Counted from the first letter of the stretch, positions 1 to 10,880 are shown. The stretch is 64,000 nt of DNA from Verrucomicrobiales bacterium (GCA_031411295.1 JANOAV010000077.1:15295-79294); one strand, 5' to 3'. Notes: generated from the letters alone by a model not told the origin. A program made the numbers and translations.

Positions 1-1492
1 GGATGGCATTGTATTCGGCATCGGTGAGTTTCATCTCGTCCGTTGCCGGGAGGCGGGTGGCATTGAAGGTGGTGCCGTTTTGGGTGTGCTGGGCGGCGGT
101 GATTTCGCTTTTTTCGTTGGCGATAAATTTCACTTTGGCGTCGGTGACCTTCCAGAAAAACTCGCGGGTGCCGGAGGGGAAGATTTCATATTTCTCCTGA
201 CCGGTCAGTTGGGCGTAGAGTTTATCTCCTTCGACAGTGACAGTGAGGATGGCGGTTTTATAGTCGTAACGACCGACGAGAGCGGCGTAGGTCTTGGGAT
301 CCACGTTGGCGTTAACGGTGGGTGCAGGGATTTTCTTGATTTCCTCTGCGAGAACATTTTTGCCGATGGTCTGGGCGATGGCAGTGGGCTCAAGGCCTTT
401 GATGGTGGGAAGGGCGTTGGCGAGGACGATGACGGTGGTGCGCTTGGTGGGGAAGTAAAGCAGATCGCTGGACCAGCCGTTGAGACCTCCGCTGTGGTCG
501 ATGCTGGGGAGCCCGCCGAGTTCTCCCATGACGAGGCCGTAGCCGTAGCGCATGCCTTCGACGCCTTCCGGAAGGGTGACGGGCGTGGTCATCGCTTTGT
601 AGGATTCGGCGTTGAGGACCTTGCCGTTGTGCAGGGCTTCGCTCCATTTAAAAAGATCCTCGGCGGTGGAATAGAGGGCACCAGCTCCGCCGGCCCAGCT
701 CATGTCCCATTCGAGCGCGGGCTTGGCCACGCCATCGGTGACTTCGTAGCCTTTCGCGGCTCTGGGTGGCGGGTTGGCGTTGTCATAGATGCCGGTGGAC
801 TGCATGACGAGGGGTTTGAAGAAAGTTTCTTCCAAATAGGCACCGAACGATTTCCCGCTGACCTTGGCGACGATCTCGCCAGCGAGGAAGTAGGCGGAGT
901 TGTTGTAGTGGAAGCCTTTGCCGGGCGCGAAGTCGGGGGTGTCACCCTGCATGGACTTGATGAGTTTTGCCGGGGTGGTGGGTCGCGGGACTTGTTGGAG
1001 GAAGCCCGGTCGGTCGGTGAAACTATGAATGCCGGAGGTGTGGGTGAGGAGCTGATGCAGCGTGATTTCCTTGGCGTTGGGGATGTCTGGGAAGTATTTG
1101 GCGAGCGGGTCTGTGAGGCTCAATTTCCCAGCTTCCGCGAGTTTCAAAATGGCGGCGGCGGTGAACTGTTTGGTGATGGAGCCGATGCGGAATTTGGTGA
1201 TGATGGCCAGGGGAGCGACATTTTTGTCCGAACCAGCGGGGGGAGCATGGCTAAACCAAGGCGCCGTTGCAGACCCGGGTATTTTCTCTTCGATGTTGGC
1301 GAAGCCGAAGCCGCGGTTATAGATGATCTTTCCCTCCCGCGCATAGAGCACCATGAGGGCATGCGAGTCGCCTTTCGTAAGCCCTTCGATATACTCGGCG
1401 GTTCTCTCCTCTGGTGTGGCCTCCTTGGCTCGGAGGGAGGCGGAGAGGAGTCCGAGGGTGAGGCAGAGATGAAGTGAGATTTTCGCGATCAT
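1..1492 (-). CDS. Serine hydrolase (beta-lactamase class C-like) with C-terminal DUF3471-like domain; runs off the window edge
   Basis: Not in the ORF track (no stop codon inside the window). Manual minus-strand translation from ATG 1492 gives a signal peptide, FRIGSITKQF (SxxK), LLTHTSG, YHYNNSAY (YxN), then GRYDY...LYAQLTGQ...FFWKVTDAKVKF. Confidence 0.9.
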   Translation of the reverse strand, partial: MIAKISLHLCLTLGLLSASLRAKEATPEERTAEYIEGLTKGDSHALMVLYAREGKIIYNRGFGFANIEEKIPGSATAPWFSHAPPAGSDKNVAPLAIITKFRIGSITKQFTAAAILKLAEAGKLSLTDPLAKYFPDIPNAKEITLHQLLTHTSGIHSFTDRPGFLQQVPRPTTPAKLIKSMQGDTPDFAPGKGFHYNNSAYFLAGEIVAKVSGKSFGAYLEETFFKPLVMQSTGIYDNANPPPRAAKGYEVTDGVAKPALEWDMSWAGGAGALYSTAEDLFKWSEALHNGKVLNAESYKAMTTPVTLPEGVEGMRYGYGLVMGELGGLPSIDHSGGLNGWSSDLLYFPTKRTTVIVLANALPTIKGLEPTAIAQTIGKNVLAEEIKKIPAPTVNANVDPKTYAALVGRYDYKTAILTVTVEGDKLYAQLTGQEKYEIFPSGTREFFWKVTDAKVKFIANEKSEITAAQHTQNGTTFNATRLPATDEMKLTDAEYNAI

Positions 1493-1651
1493 GCAGTCGA
1501 GAGTATCAATCGGTGCGGTTACGTCAATCCCTTCCATGGTGGTGGAGGTGACGGTCCCGATGACACTGCCGGCTCATTCCCTGACGTTCGTGATCGTTTT
1601 GCACGTCAATGAGGGATTGTCGGATGTCGCCCGGTTCCTTAATATCCGAAG

Positions 1652-2554
1652 ATGATTACCCGTCGCCATTTCTTTCAAGCCAGTGCCGCCACCTTTATTG
1701 CCACCACTCTGCATGCGCAGGAGAAACCCAGCCTGCGCAAGGCGGTCAAGATTGGCATGATCGAAGGGAAGAGCTTCCTGGAGAAATTTCAGTTGATCAA
1801 GAAACTTGGATTTGAAGGCGTGGAGATGGACAGCCCGGGCTGCAATGAAGCGCAACGGCAGGAAGCCAAAGAGGCCGCCGCCGCCACCGGCATCACCATT
1901 CATGGCGTCGTCATTTCCAGTCACTGGGGCGTGCGGCATTCCGATCCCAGCCCTGAGGTGCGGGCGAATGCGATGAAGAATTTGTTGGGAGCCATCGACG
2001 ACGCGAAGTTCTGGGGCGCCACCACGGTGCTGCTAGTGCCGGGAGCCGTGAAGAATGCCGAGACGGAAAATTTCGACCAAGTCTGGGAACGCTCCACGGC
2101 GGCTGTGAAGGAGGCCCTGCCTTATGCGGAAAAGGCCGGCGTAAAGATTGCGATCGAAGTGGTGTGGAATAATTTCATCACCAAGCCCGAGCAGATGATC
2201 AAGTATGTGGATCAGTTCAACAGCCCGTGGGTGGGCACCTATTTCGATTGCTCGAACATGCTGAAATATGGCGTGGCTTCGGCGGAATGGATCCGGCTGT
2301 TAGGGAAACGCCTGCTGAAATTTGACTTCAAAGGCTACAGCAACGCCAAGGCGAAAGCAGCGGGTAAGGATGGCGCAGGCTTCGGGGTTAAGATCGGTGA
2401 GGGTGATGAAGCCTGGCCGGATGTGCTCAAGGCCTTGGATGAAGTCGGCTATATCAAGAACACCGGTGGCTGGGCGACCTCAGAAGTTGGCGGCGGAGGT
2501 GAAGCCGTCCTCAAGGATGTGGCCGAACGCATGAATAAGGTGCTCGGCCTGTAA
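1652..2554 (+). CDS. Sugar phosphate isomerase/epimerase (xylose isomerase-like TIM barrel), Tat-exported
   Basis: TRRHF twin-arginine signal; GFEGVE, IAIEVVWNNF, YFDCSN, FDFKGY and IGEGD motifs. Confidence 0.9.
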   Translation: MITRRHFFQASAATFIATTLHAQEKPSLRKAVKIGMIEGKSFLEKFQLIKKLGFEGVEMDSPGCNEAQRQEAKEAAAATGITIHGVVISSHWGVRHSDPSPEVRANAMKNLLGAIDDAKFWGATTVLLVPGAVKNAETENFDQVWERSTAAVKEALPYAEKAGVKIAIEVVWNNFITKPEQMIKYVDQFNSPWVGTYFDCSNMLKYGVASAEWIRLLGKRLLKFDFKGYSNAKAKAAGKDGAGFGVKIGEGDEAWPDVLKALDEVGYIKNTGGWATSEVGGGGEAVLKDVAERMNKVLGL

Positions 2555-2608
2555 CGAGCCTACGCGAAACTCTTGCATCCGACGGGAGCATCTGCTTAGA
2601 CTGCCTCC

Positions 2609-3226
2609 ATGTCCTACAATAACGAACACGTCCTCGTCGTCCGCCGCTCCCTTTTCGACGAATTGGGTGCCTTCCAAGGTATTTCCACCGAAGTGGGTAA
2701 ATATTTGCCTGAGTTCCTGAATCCCTCGCAAAACTTCTTCCTCTCGCGTGATGCTGCCGAAACGGACCCGTCCCACAAACAGATCATTCCCTACGCGATC
2801 TTCCATTGTCAGGGAAAATTGCTGCACTATGTGCGGGGCAAGAAAAGTGGCGAACAACGCCTGGCCGCCAAAGGCAGCCTGGGCATTGGCGGACATATCA
2901 ATTCAGAAGACGCGGAGCAGGCTTCCTTGGAGCGCGATACTTACCTCACGGGAGTGGAACGGGAAATCAACGAGGAGCTGAAATTGGACACCCCATACCA
3001 GCAACGCATCGTGGCGCTGCTCAATGATGATTCCAACGACGTCGGCCAAGTGCATCTGGGCATCGTGCATGTCTTCGATTTGGAATCCGAGTCCGTCGCG
3101 CCAAACGAAGCGCCCATCACGCAGTTGGAATTTCTGAGTCGCGACGAACTCCTAGCACGGCGGGATCTCTTGGAATCCTGGAGCCAGTTCTGCCTGGACC
3201 ACTGGGATCAGTTGCTGGGATCATAA
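2609..3226 (+). CDS. Predicted NUDIX-family phosphoesterase
   Basis: KQIIPY, SLGIGGHIN, EREINEEL (Nudix-box-like), NDVGQVHLG, LESWSQ. Confidence 0.85.
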   Translation: MSYNNEHVLVVRRSLFDELGAFQGISTEVGKYLPEFLNPSQNFFLSRDAAETDPSHKQIIPYAIFHCQGKLLHYVRGKKSGEQRLAAKGSLGIGGHINSEDAEQASLERDTYLTGVEREINEELKLDTPYQQRIVALLNDDSNDVGQVHLGIVHVFDLESESVAPNEAPITQLEFLSRDELLARRDLLESWSQFCLDHWDQLLGS

Positions 3227-3229
3227 GAC

Positions 3230-3296
3230 GAATGTGGGTCAGCCCGCTGGGCTGATCTCCCAAGGCCTGAGCAGCCCAGCGGGCTGCTCCACATTC
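3230..3296. repeat. REP-like palindrome doublet (inverted pair) between convergent genes; may also act as a terminator
   Basis: gaatgtgggtcagcccgctgggctg ... cagcccagcgggctgctccacattc; each half is a hairpin preceded by GTGG. Confidence 0.75.
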
Positions 3297-3313
3297 TGCC
3301 GAATCTCATAACT

Positions 3314-5170
3314 TCAAACGCGCCCCAGGAGCACGCCCTTGAAGTAGCTCTTGCCGCCGGTCAGTGGGATCACATCCAAGGCGGGATAGGACGCCAGCAC
3401 CTGATAGGATTCGCTGAATTGACTGAGAAGCAACTGCTCGCAAAAGAGCCAGCAGGTATAGTCTGCGACGTAGATCTCCGCAGGAACATGTTGGATGACG
3501 ATGCGATGCCGATCGCCCTCCCAGTAAGGCGTGCGTTCAAGCAAAATATACGGAGCCTTGAGGCGACACAATTCCTCGATGATTTCCGTAGCTTGAGGCA
3601 GAAAGTGCAGGCTACTTGACAACAGAACCACATCCGGTGGATAACAAGCCACCGATTCAGCAATGGACTTGTAGAAAGTGACTCGCGCGTTGGAAAATTC
3701 CGCCTGCCCGCAGTCCACGTAATGCGGTTGTTCCACCACACACCAGTGAAGCTCCGGAATCGCATCGAGCCAGGGACGACAGGCAAAATAGGTGCTGGCC
3801 AAGGCTCCGCCAAAGTCCAGCACCGTGAGTTTCCCCTGCTGCCTGGCGGCAGCGGGCAGCAGTCCGGCAATCGTGGAGAAGGGATATTCTGGAATGTCCA
3901 TGAGCACCGAATCGCGCTCATAAACAGCCTCGCCCGAGACGATCTTGCGCATGGCATTCCGCGTCGTTTCCAAAATATTAGTAGCGGCGTATCCGCCACA
4001 CTCCGCACTAGCGGCATCCCATGTCGCGTAATCCCCATCGAACCGAAGCCGGTCCTGCGGTGGCGTGAGCGCTGCTGCGACAGGCTTATCCTTGGGATCG
4101 CTTTTAGGTGATTGCCTGACTTTCTGTTTCCGGGGTGGTGGCGCAGGAGGGCGGGCGACTCCAAGGTTCCTGAGCAACTTCACGATGACGGCCCTGCCTC
4201 CACTAACATGGAAGATACCAGCTCGGACTTTTGCCGTCAGTTCACGCCATGTTTGAGGGATGACTGGCTGTTCGTGATCGGTTCGGGTCGCTGTCGCTTG
4301 CGGCTGAGTTTCTAGTTGCTTCTCCCATGGCCGCAGCGCCTGCAACCAAGGAGCCACCACGGCCTTGCGGAGGATCCGGTGGTAAGGCGCCTGGTAAAGC
4401 GCGAACGGCAGAGCGACCAGCCAAGGCTTGGGGAATTGGAAGCCATGGAAATGGAAAAAGATCAATCGTTGACCATCGACCATCACCGTTGCTAACTCGC
4501 CACTCAACTTATGGGATCGGATGCTCCACGGAGCAAGGTTCGCCCCCGGATGCTGGACGACGTGAACGCCGGAAAACCGCACCGGGAAGTCATCCAAATA
4601 TTTCTGATCCGCAAATCGTCCTGCCTCCACCCGGTCATGGCACCACTCGGCACAACGCTCCGCCCACCACTGCAAACACGGCCGACCACTGGCATCCTGA
4701 CGAAACGTCATCCAGCCAACGTTGAACTCACCGTAAATAACATTACCAGCGAGATCGGGCGGAAAGCGATGCGAGATAATGGCGACCGACTGCGCTCCCA
4801 ACTCAGCAAAGATTGGCTCTGGACTGGAGAAGAAATACAGATCAGCATCCAAATAAGTCACCAGTGCATCCGCCTCCGCTTTCCCCATGAGTTCGAGCAG
4901 CAGGAAAGGCGTGCAAGTGAAGTAATATTCCACCAGCGTTCGGTTGGATTTCGTTTCGCACAAGGCAGGCCAGGATTGCTCCAACGCATCGAGCGTTATC
5001 AACTCCAAATCATTCCAAGCGACCTGTCGCACGAGCGCTTCGCAGGCCCCGGAGAGGCAAAGCACTGTGAACTTAGCATTTGGTTGATACTGCCGCAAAC
5101 TCTGCAGCATTGCCATGCCACGCGAAAAATACCGTTCGTCGAAGTAGGTGCAAAAGTGGCGTTGCGTCAT
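3314..5170 (-). CDS. Fusion of a putative glycosyltransferase (N-terminal) and a TIGR04325-like methyltransferase (C-terminal)
   Basis: N: FCTYFD, VEYYFTCTP, YLDADLYFF (DxD), FADQKYLD, NLAPW, FFHFHG. C: YERDSV, VLDFGGALASTY, WCVVEQ. A Pro/Lys-rich linker joins them. Confidence 0.85.
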   Translation of the reverse strand: MTQRHFCTYFDERYFSRGMAMLQSLRQYQPNAKFTVLCLSGACEALVRQVAWNDLELITLDALEQSWPALCETKSNRTLVEYYFTCTPFLLLELMGKAEADALVTYLDADLYFFSSPEPIFAELGAQSVAIISHRFPPDLAGNVIYGEFNVGWMTFRQDASGRPCLQWWAERCAEWCHDRVEAGRFADQKYLDDFPVRFSGVHVVQHPGANLAPWSIRSHKLSGELATVMVDGQRLIFFHFHGFQFPKPWLVALPFALYQAPYHRILRKAVVAPWLQALRPWEKQLETQPQATATRTDHEQPVIPQTWRELTAKVRAGIFHVSGGRAVIVKLLRNLGVARPPAPPPRKQKVRQSPKSDPKDKPVAAALTPPQDRLRFDGDYATWDAASAECGGYAATNILETTRNAMRKIVSGEAVYERDSVLMDIPEYPFSTIAGLLPAAARQQGKLTVLDFGGALASTYFACRPWLDAIPELHWCVVEQPHYVDCGQAEFSNARVTFYKSIAESVACYPPDVVLLSSSLHFLPQATEIIEELCRLKAPYILLERTPYWEGDRHRIVIQHVPAEIYVADYTCWLFCEQLLLSQFSESYQVLASYPALDVIPLTGGKSYFKGVLLGRV

Positions 5171-5322
5171 TAGAGGCAGACCATGTGGATGGTTGCCACC
5201 TTGTCACCCAAAATATTCGGGAGCATCATCAAGACTGGCAGACTGGCCTGTCTTGCCTTCGTGATGAAATAAGCTGCCAACCGGTATCCTAGCCAAGTAT
5301 CCTGCATCAAAAGCCAGAACTC

Positions 5323-5670
5323 CTAACCCAATCCCTGCTGCAAATCTCTAAACACCCGCACTTCTCTCACATCCACTCTTTTGAGTTTCCTGGCACCAGA
5401 CTTCCGATTCTTCCCAAGCCGATCCCGCACCGACCCGAACACCGTATTAATTAATCCAGCGCTCCCGAAAATCCCGCCCCGTATAAAATAGTTCACCTTC
5501 AGACGCAGCATCTGCCCCCGGGATGGTTTACCACCTGCTGCATGAACCTTCTCAACCTCGTCCAAACTGAAACCAGCCCAAGCCGGTGTGACCTCGCTCC
5601 CGTGAATCTCCTGCCCTTCTCCGAATAACCACAGGCGATACCGCGCAGCCACCGCGTCCCCTGAGCCCAA
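5323..5670 (-). pseudogene. 3' remnant of a Y1 (IS200/RAYT-like) transposase of the Verrucomicrobia type
   Basis: MLRLKVNYFIRGGIFGS...FGSVRDRLGKNRKSGARKL...RDLQ resembles the recalled C-terminus of this family; no HUH catalytic domain is visible upstream. Confidence 0.6.
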
Positions 5671-5834
5671 TTCCTCCGATCCAACAAATCCCTTAGACTG
5701 CGCAGCTTCAACCCCTAAAATCTGGGCTCAACGGGAAATAGTGGGGAGTTTTGTGGAACCTTCCTGGAAGAACCTGGTTTGCAAAAAAAACTCTGGAGCC
5801 GGATTTTGCCTTACCCAAAGGCCGGAACGCGATT

Positions 5835-6331
5835 TTACCAATAGGTAATGGCCGTCCTTGCCGCTACAAAACTCCCCACCAACTCCCGTCGCGCCAAAAA
5901 ATCTACCGGCTTATGTGCCTGCAGGTGGTTCCGCATGCAGGAAATGAGCATTCTGGATTCGTCCAGCTTCCCGCTGTCCATCAGCGCGGTGGCGAGATGC
6001 CGCGAACACACGATCCAAATGCGCAACAATTCATAATTTTCCGGCGCGGTGCCGACTTTCTCAACCAGCACCTTTCGGGAGAACAGCTTTTACTCAATCG
6101 CTTCCTCGAAGCGTTTCTGATTGGGCACACTTTATTCATACAAGCACTGCATCCGCGCCAATTCCTGCTGCACCTGCCGCTCAGGGGAATTTTGCTTTGC
6201 CAGCATTTTGTAAACTTCGAGTCCCTCCTCCTACACTACCAATTGCCTCCAACCACTGTGCCCGCGCATGCTGCGGCATGAGCAGCGTGCGATAGAGCCA
6301 AGCCTTGTTCTTCAGCGCACTTGAATCCACC
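5835..6331 (-). pseudogene. Degraded helical/TPR-like coding remnant
   Basis: Minus strand reads as amphipathic helices (EEGLEVYKMLAKQNSPERQVQQELARMQ; HLATALMDSGKLDES) interrupted by TAA codons and an apparent frameshift. Confidence 0.3.
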
Positions 6332-6403
6332 GTTTGGTTTCGACCACAAGAAGGATCAAAATTGCAAAATCATGATCAGTTTCACAGGGGTGAGTGCACG
6401 TTT

Positions 6404-6544
6404 ATGCCAATCTACGAAAACATCATTGCCACCGTGGGGCACACCACATTGGTTAAACTCAATCGCATTGCTGAAGGTCTGCCTGCGCAGATCGCACTCA
6501 AGGGCGAGTGCAAAAAACCTCTCGGCAGCGTGAAGGACCGCATT
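6404..6544 (+). pseudogene. cysK: 5' fragment of cysteine synthase A
   Basis: MPIYENIIATVGHTTLVKLNRI...PLGSVKDRI (PLP-lysine motif); similarity stops immediately afterwards. Confidence 0.85.
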
Positions 6545-6545
6545 C

Positions 6546-7229
6546 GTGAGCTTTGGTGGCGAGTTGGCACCAAAATTTATTGGAGTTCATGCCGCAGATA
6601 AATTTGCGCCACGTTTGATAGGACCGCTTTCCGCCGTGTTGAAGCTGGCGCATCCGTTGTTTGTGGTGATGGAGAAATTCAGTCTTCTCCTCAAGCGCGC
6701 GCCCACCACGGCCAGCGCTGGGAGTGATCACATCATGGACATCGTGACACTGGTGGAAGCCGCGCGTGCCGAGCAGGTGCTGCATAACCGGGAGGAAATT
6801 ATCATCATCCACGCGGCCACCTTGTCTGCGCGTCGTGTCCGCACCGCCATGGTGCCGCGGGATTCCGTGGCGTTCTTCGATGCCCGCCAATCCTTGCTGG
6901 AGAACGTCCAGCGACTAGGGCCAAAGTTGCACCGCAGCTATCCTGTCAGTGCGGATGGCACTTCTGGACGCATCACGGGCTACATTCGGGTGCGGGAATT
7001 GTTTGTGCAAAATTTAAGCCACCCCAAGCCAGGCGAGCCCAAAGGAGATTGCCATCAACTCATCCGGCCCGTCCCGCACATCGATGAACGCTCCACCCTG
7101 ACACAACCTCTTGCACTCTATTTGGATCAATCAGAAATCGCAGTGCTCGTGGATAACAGCGCGGGGGAAGTCTCCGGCTGGATCCCCATGGACGACGTCA
7201 TGAAAGTCCTCATGGGACAACGAATTTAA
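6546..7229 (+). pseudogene. 5'-truncated CNNM/HlyC-CorC (DUF21 + CBS) protein
   Basis: Starts at the GELAPK motif (end of DUF21), then VRTAMVPR, HRSYPV, GYIRVREL and VLVD...GWIPMDDV CBS motifs; N-terminal TM helices are missing. Confidence 0.75.
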
Positions 7230-7306
7230 TCACCGATCCAATAATAATTCATTCTCGTGGCAATTTCCTACTTGCGCGATGTAGATTAAAGAATTAAGCA
7301 AGTTTT

Positions 7307-7882
7307 ATGAGATTAACGAAACGCGGAGAATACGCCCTGCGCACGCTCATTCGACTGGGAGTGGCCCAGCGGATGGGAACGCCGATCGTGTCCGTGTCTC
7401 GTTTGGCAGAAAGTGAGCACATTCCGGCAAAGTTTCTGGAGAACATTCTGGCCGATTTGAAGGCCGAAGGTTACGTTGAAGGAATTCGTGGGAAGGCAGG
7501 TGGAGCGAAGCTTTGTTGCGATGTGGACCAAACCAAAATGGGCGAATTGGTAAGATTTCTGGATGGTAAACTAGCCCCCATAGGTTGTGCCAGTGAGACT
7601 TCTTACGAGCCCTGCTCCTGCCCGGACGCAGATCACTGCGGGCTGCGCATGTTGATGATCGACGTGCGCAACGCGATCTCTAACATTTTAGATCGATACT
7701 CGCTGGGGGATGTCATCACCGTGACCATGAAGAAAATGGAGCGGGATGGACTGATGCCCATGGTCCAATCGAAAGCCCAACCCATCAAGCGGAACAAGCT
7801 TCCCGCCAAGCCCCGCTATGCTGATCCTACGGATGGCTTCCTGGCCGGTCTCGTCACCGGCCTCGGCCAATTGAAGAAGTAA
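7307..7882 (+). CDS. Rrf2-family transcriptional regulator
   Basis: TKRGEYALR, IPAKFLENIL, RGKAGG, DGKLAPIGC...CSC...CGLR. Confidence 0.93.
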   Translation: MRLTKRGEYALRTLIRLGVAQRMGTPIVSVSRLAESEHIPAKFLENILADLKAEGYVEGIRGKAGGAKLCCDVDQTKMGELVRFLDGKLAPIGCASETSYEPCSCPDADHCGLRMLMIDVRNAISNILDRYSLGDVITVTMKKMERDGLMPMVQSKAQPIKRNKLPAKPRYADPTDGFLAGLVTGLGQLKK

Positions 7883-8000
7883 TCCGCCTTGAATTTCCTT
7901 GCCCACCACCACCCGTGGAGGCATCCCCAAAAAAATCACCTCACCTGCCAAGGCTCTGACCGGACCACCGGAGGCTGCTTTGACGCATTTCATCATATCC

Positions 8001-8975
8001 ATGAATCGTCGAAATTTCCTATCATTGTCCGCCCTGACTGCCACCGGATTCACTGCGTGCAGCAAGTCCTCCACCGCCCCAGCCAACGCCCCGGTGCGGT
8101 TTGGGCATTTCCCCAACATTACCCACGTGCAGGGCTTGGTGGCGCACGCCCTGAGCCGTCAGGGGAAAGGCTGGTATGAGGAACGCCTTGGGGTGCCGGT
8201 CGAATGGTATGTCTTCAATGCAGGGCCGGAAGCCATGCAATCCATCTTTGGTCAGGCGCTGGATGTAACTTACATTGGTCCCAGTCCGGTGCTCAATGGC
8301 TATGCCCGTTCCAAGGGCAAGGAAGTTCGGGTGTTGGCAGGTGCCGCCAATGGTGGTAGTGCGTTAGTGGTTCGCAAGGACTCCGGCATCAAGACCGCAG
8401 CTGATTTCAAGGGAAAGAAAATTGCCTCTCCTGAAGTGGGCAATACTCAGGATGTGCAGTTGCGGGCCTGGTTGGCGGATCAAGGCATCAAGGTTACCCT
8501 AACGGGAGGTGAAGCCACCATCATGCCGACGAAGAATCCGGACCTGCTCGGACTGTTCCAGCAGGGTGCGCTGGATGCTGCCTGGACCGCGGAGCCCTGG
8601 GTCACGCGACTGGAATTGGACACCGGAGCGACGGTATTTTTGGACGACAAGAAAACGAATGTCGCATTGCTGGCCGCAGGGGTAACCTTTCTCAATGAAC
8701 GTCCGGAGTTGGCCAAAAAGCTCGCAGCAGCGCACCGTGAGTTAACGGATTGGATCAATGCGCATCCCGCCGAGGCGCGTGCTTTGATTAAATCTGAACT
8801 GAAAGCGCTCACCAAGAGCGAGCCGCCAGATGCGGTGCTGGACAAGGCGCTGGCACGCGTAACCCTCACCAACGATATTTCCCGTCCCTCGCTGGAGCAG
8901 ATGGTGCAGAGCGCGCAGAAGGCGAATTTCCTGCAGGACATCCCCGCGTTGGATCAATTGCTAGTCAATCCATAA
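8001..8975 (+). CDS. Aliphatic sulfonate/taurine-type ABC transporter substrate-binding protein (SsuA-like)
   Basis: MNRRNF Tat/lipoprotein signal (TAC); FPNITH, FNAGP, YIGPSP, GNTQD, EPW. Confidence 0.9.
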   Translation: MNRRNFLSLSALTATGFTACSKSSTAPANAPVRFGHFPNITHVQGLVAHALSRQGKGWYEERLGVPVEWYVFNAGPEAMQSIFGQALDVTYIGPSPVLNGYARSKGKEVRVLAGAANGGSALVVRKDSGIKTAADFKGKKIASPEVGNTQDVQLRAWLADQGIKVTLTGGEATIMPTKNPDLLGLFQQGALDAAWTAEPWVTRLELDTGATVFLDDKKTNVALLAAGVTFLNERPELAKKLAAAHRELTDWINAHPAEARALIKSELKALTKSEPPDAVLDKALARVTLTNDISRPSLEQMVQSAQKANFLQDIPALDQLLVNP

Positions 8976-8982
8976 TTAGCCG

Positions 8983-9783
8983 ATGTCCCTCCAAGCAGAA
9001 CTCCTCAACGCTCCTCCTGCCAAGCTCACGGTAGATCACGTTAGTAAGATTTACCGTAGTGAAAGCAAAACAACCCATGCGCTCGATGATGTTAGTCTGA
9101 ACGTGAGTGAGGGGGAATTCATCTGCCTTTTGGGGCCCAGTGGGTGCGGCAAAAGCACCCTGCTGAATCTCATCGCAGGCCTGGAACCGCCAGATGCAGG
9201 ATCGCTCTCTGCCGATGGCGAAATCATTACCGGGCCGGGCCGTCAGCGCATGGTGATGTTTCAGGAGCATGCGTTGTTTCCGTGGCTAAATGTTACCCAG
9301 AATGTGCTGTTCGGTTTAAACCTGAAACCTCACCTAACGGACGAGGATCGCGCGGGAGTTGCTGCCGCGTTTATTGAAATCGTGGGACTGACTCCATTTG
9401 CCAAATCGAACATTCATGAACTCTCCGGCGGCATGAAGCAGCGGGTGGCGCTGGCCCGCGCTTTGGCTCCGAATCCCCAAGTGCTCTTGATGGATGAGCC
9501 CTTTGCAGCGCTTGATGCCATGACTCGCGAGCAGCTCTACGATGACCTCCAGAAAATTCAGAAGAAGCGACGCAAGACCATCATCTTTGTGACTCATAAC
9601 GTCCGGGAAGCCGTTTGCCTGGGGGATCGTGTGCTGCTCTTCACGCCGCGGCCCGGTAAGATCCGTGCGGAGTTCAACGTGGATCTGCCACGCCCCAGAG
9701 ACATCAACGACGTGGCAGTGGCGCAACTGGCCTCCACGATTACCGCCGAACTCAAGAACCTCCTCCAGCAAAATCCCTCATGA
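8983..9783 (+). CDS. ABC transporter ATP-binding protein (SsuB/TauB-like)
   Basis: [26 protein letters not shown]. Confidence 0.95.
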   Translation: MSLQAELLNAPPAKLTVDHVSKIYRSESKTTHALDDVSLNVSEGEFICLLGPSGCGKSTLLNLIAGLEPPDAGSLSADGEIITGPGRQRMVMFQEHALFPWLNVTQNVLFGLNLKPHLTDEDRAGVAAAFIEIVGLTPFAKSNIHELSGGMKQRVALARALAPNPQVLLMDEPFAALDAMTREQLYDDLQKIQKKRRKTIIFVTHNVREAVCLGDRVLLFTPRPGKIRAEFNVDLPRPRDINDVAVAQLASTITAELKNLLQQNPS

Positions 9784-10565
9784 AACCCACCACATCACTA
9801 ACCGTTCGACTGCTGCGAGCCTGTAGTCTCTTTGGGGCGCTGCTGGTGCTGTGGGAATACGGTTCCCGTCAGGAGTGGTGGAGTTCGCTCACGATTCCTT
9901 CGCCAACCGAGATCGGTAAATATTTGCTCGAAAGCATTCAGGACGGTGACATGATTACGGCCTGCGTCGTGACCATGAAACGACTGCTCATCGGCTACAC
10001 CATTGGGGTGATCGTGGGGATTCCACTTGGATTGCTCACGTCGCGATTTCAGTTCGCGAGCGACACGCTCGGCGTAAGTGCGCTCGGACTGCAAACGTTG
10101 CCCAGCGTGTGCTGGGTGCCCCTGGCGCTCATCTGGTTCAAGCAGAGCGAGGCCGCCATGCTCTTCATTGTGGTCATGGGCACGCTTTGGGCGGTGCTGT
10201 TAGCGACGGATCACGGCATTCGTCAAATTCCGCCCATCTATCGTCGCGCCGCCAGCACCATGGGATCGAGCGGATTCCATTTGCTCCGCCGCGTGCTCCT
10301 GCCCGCCAGCCTGCCACTGATCGTGAGCGGCACCAAACAAGGCTGGGCTTTCGCCTGGCGCTCACTCATGGCGGCGGAACTTTTCGTCACCATTCCATCG
10401 GGCACCGGCCTGGGCCACCTCATGGAAATGAGCCGCAACAACCTCCGCATGGATCAAGTGGCCGCCATTATGTTTGTCATTCTGATCATCGGATTCACCG
10501 CCGACAAAATCATCTTCAGCCCCTGGGAACGCTTTCTGCGCAAACGCTGGGGACTTACCGTGTGA
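9780..10565 (+). CDS. ABC transporter permease (SsuC/TauC-like)
   Basis: Multiple TM segments; LQTLPSVCWVP; AFAWRSLMAAE; ATGA overlap with the ATPase gene. Confidence 0.93.
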   Translation: MKPTTSLTVRLLRACSLFGALLVLWEYGSRQEWWSSLTIPSPTEIGKYLLESIQDGDMITACVVTMKRLLIGYTIGVIVGIPLGLLTSRFQFASDTLGVSALGLQTLPSVCWVPLALIWFKQSEAAMLFIVVMGTLWAVLLATDHGIRQIPPIYRRAASTMGSSGFHLLRRVLLPASLPLIVSGTKQGWAFAWRSLMAAELFVTIPSGTGLGHLMEMSRNNLRMDQVAAIMFVILIIGFTADKIIFSPWERFLRKRWGLTV

Positions 10566-10880
10566 TCAATTACCCAAGAGATTAGACGTGGAAATACACG
10601 TGCGATCTGATCCCCACAAACGACACGGTAGTGATGAATGATGCTGTCACCCCGGGGTCGGCGGTTGCTGCATGCTTCAAAAGTGCTAATTGCCATCGCC
10701 CCGAACGATCTGGTAAACTTTAACCCCGCCGACGAATCCAATTGTTGTGCCGTCGCAGCGGCCCCCAGCCTCCGCTCGGTTCATGGGCAACCACTGGCGT
10801 AACCCAGGTCCACATCGTCACAGGGCAGATCAGCTTCACATAATGGTCGAGTAACAATTACTCAGTCAAAAACCTTCGCC

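Noticed and set aside
80..1477. 465-aa plus-strand ORF
   Set aside because: Antisense shadow of the minus-strand serine hydrolase, which carries the SxxK and YxN motifs.
7268..7284. CTAC-N9-GTAG as a possible Rrf2 operator
   Set aside because: Only a 4-bp dyad in a single copy; not distinguishable from chance.
10566..10880. Intergenic stretch as a small gene or ncRNA
   Set aside because: No convincing ORF, motif or structure recognised.
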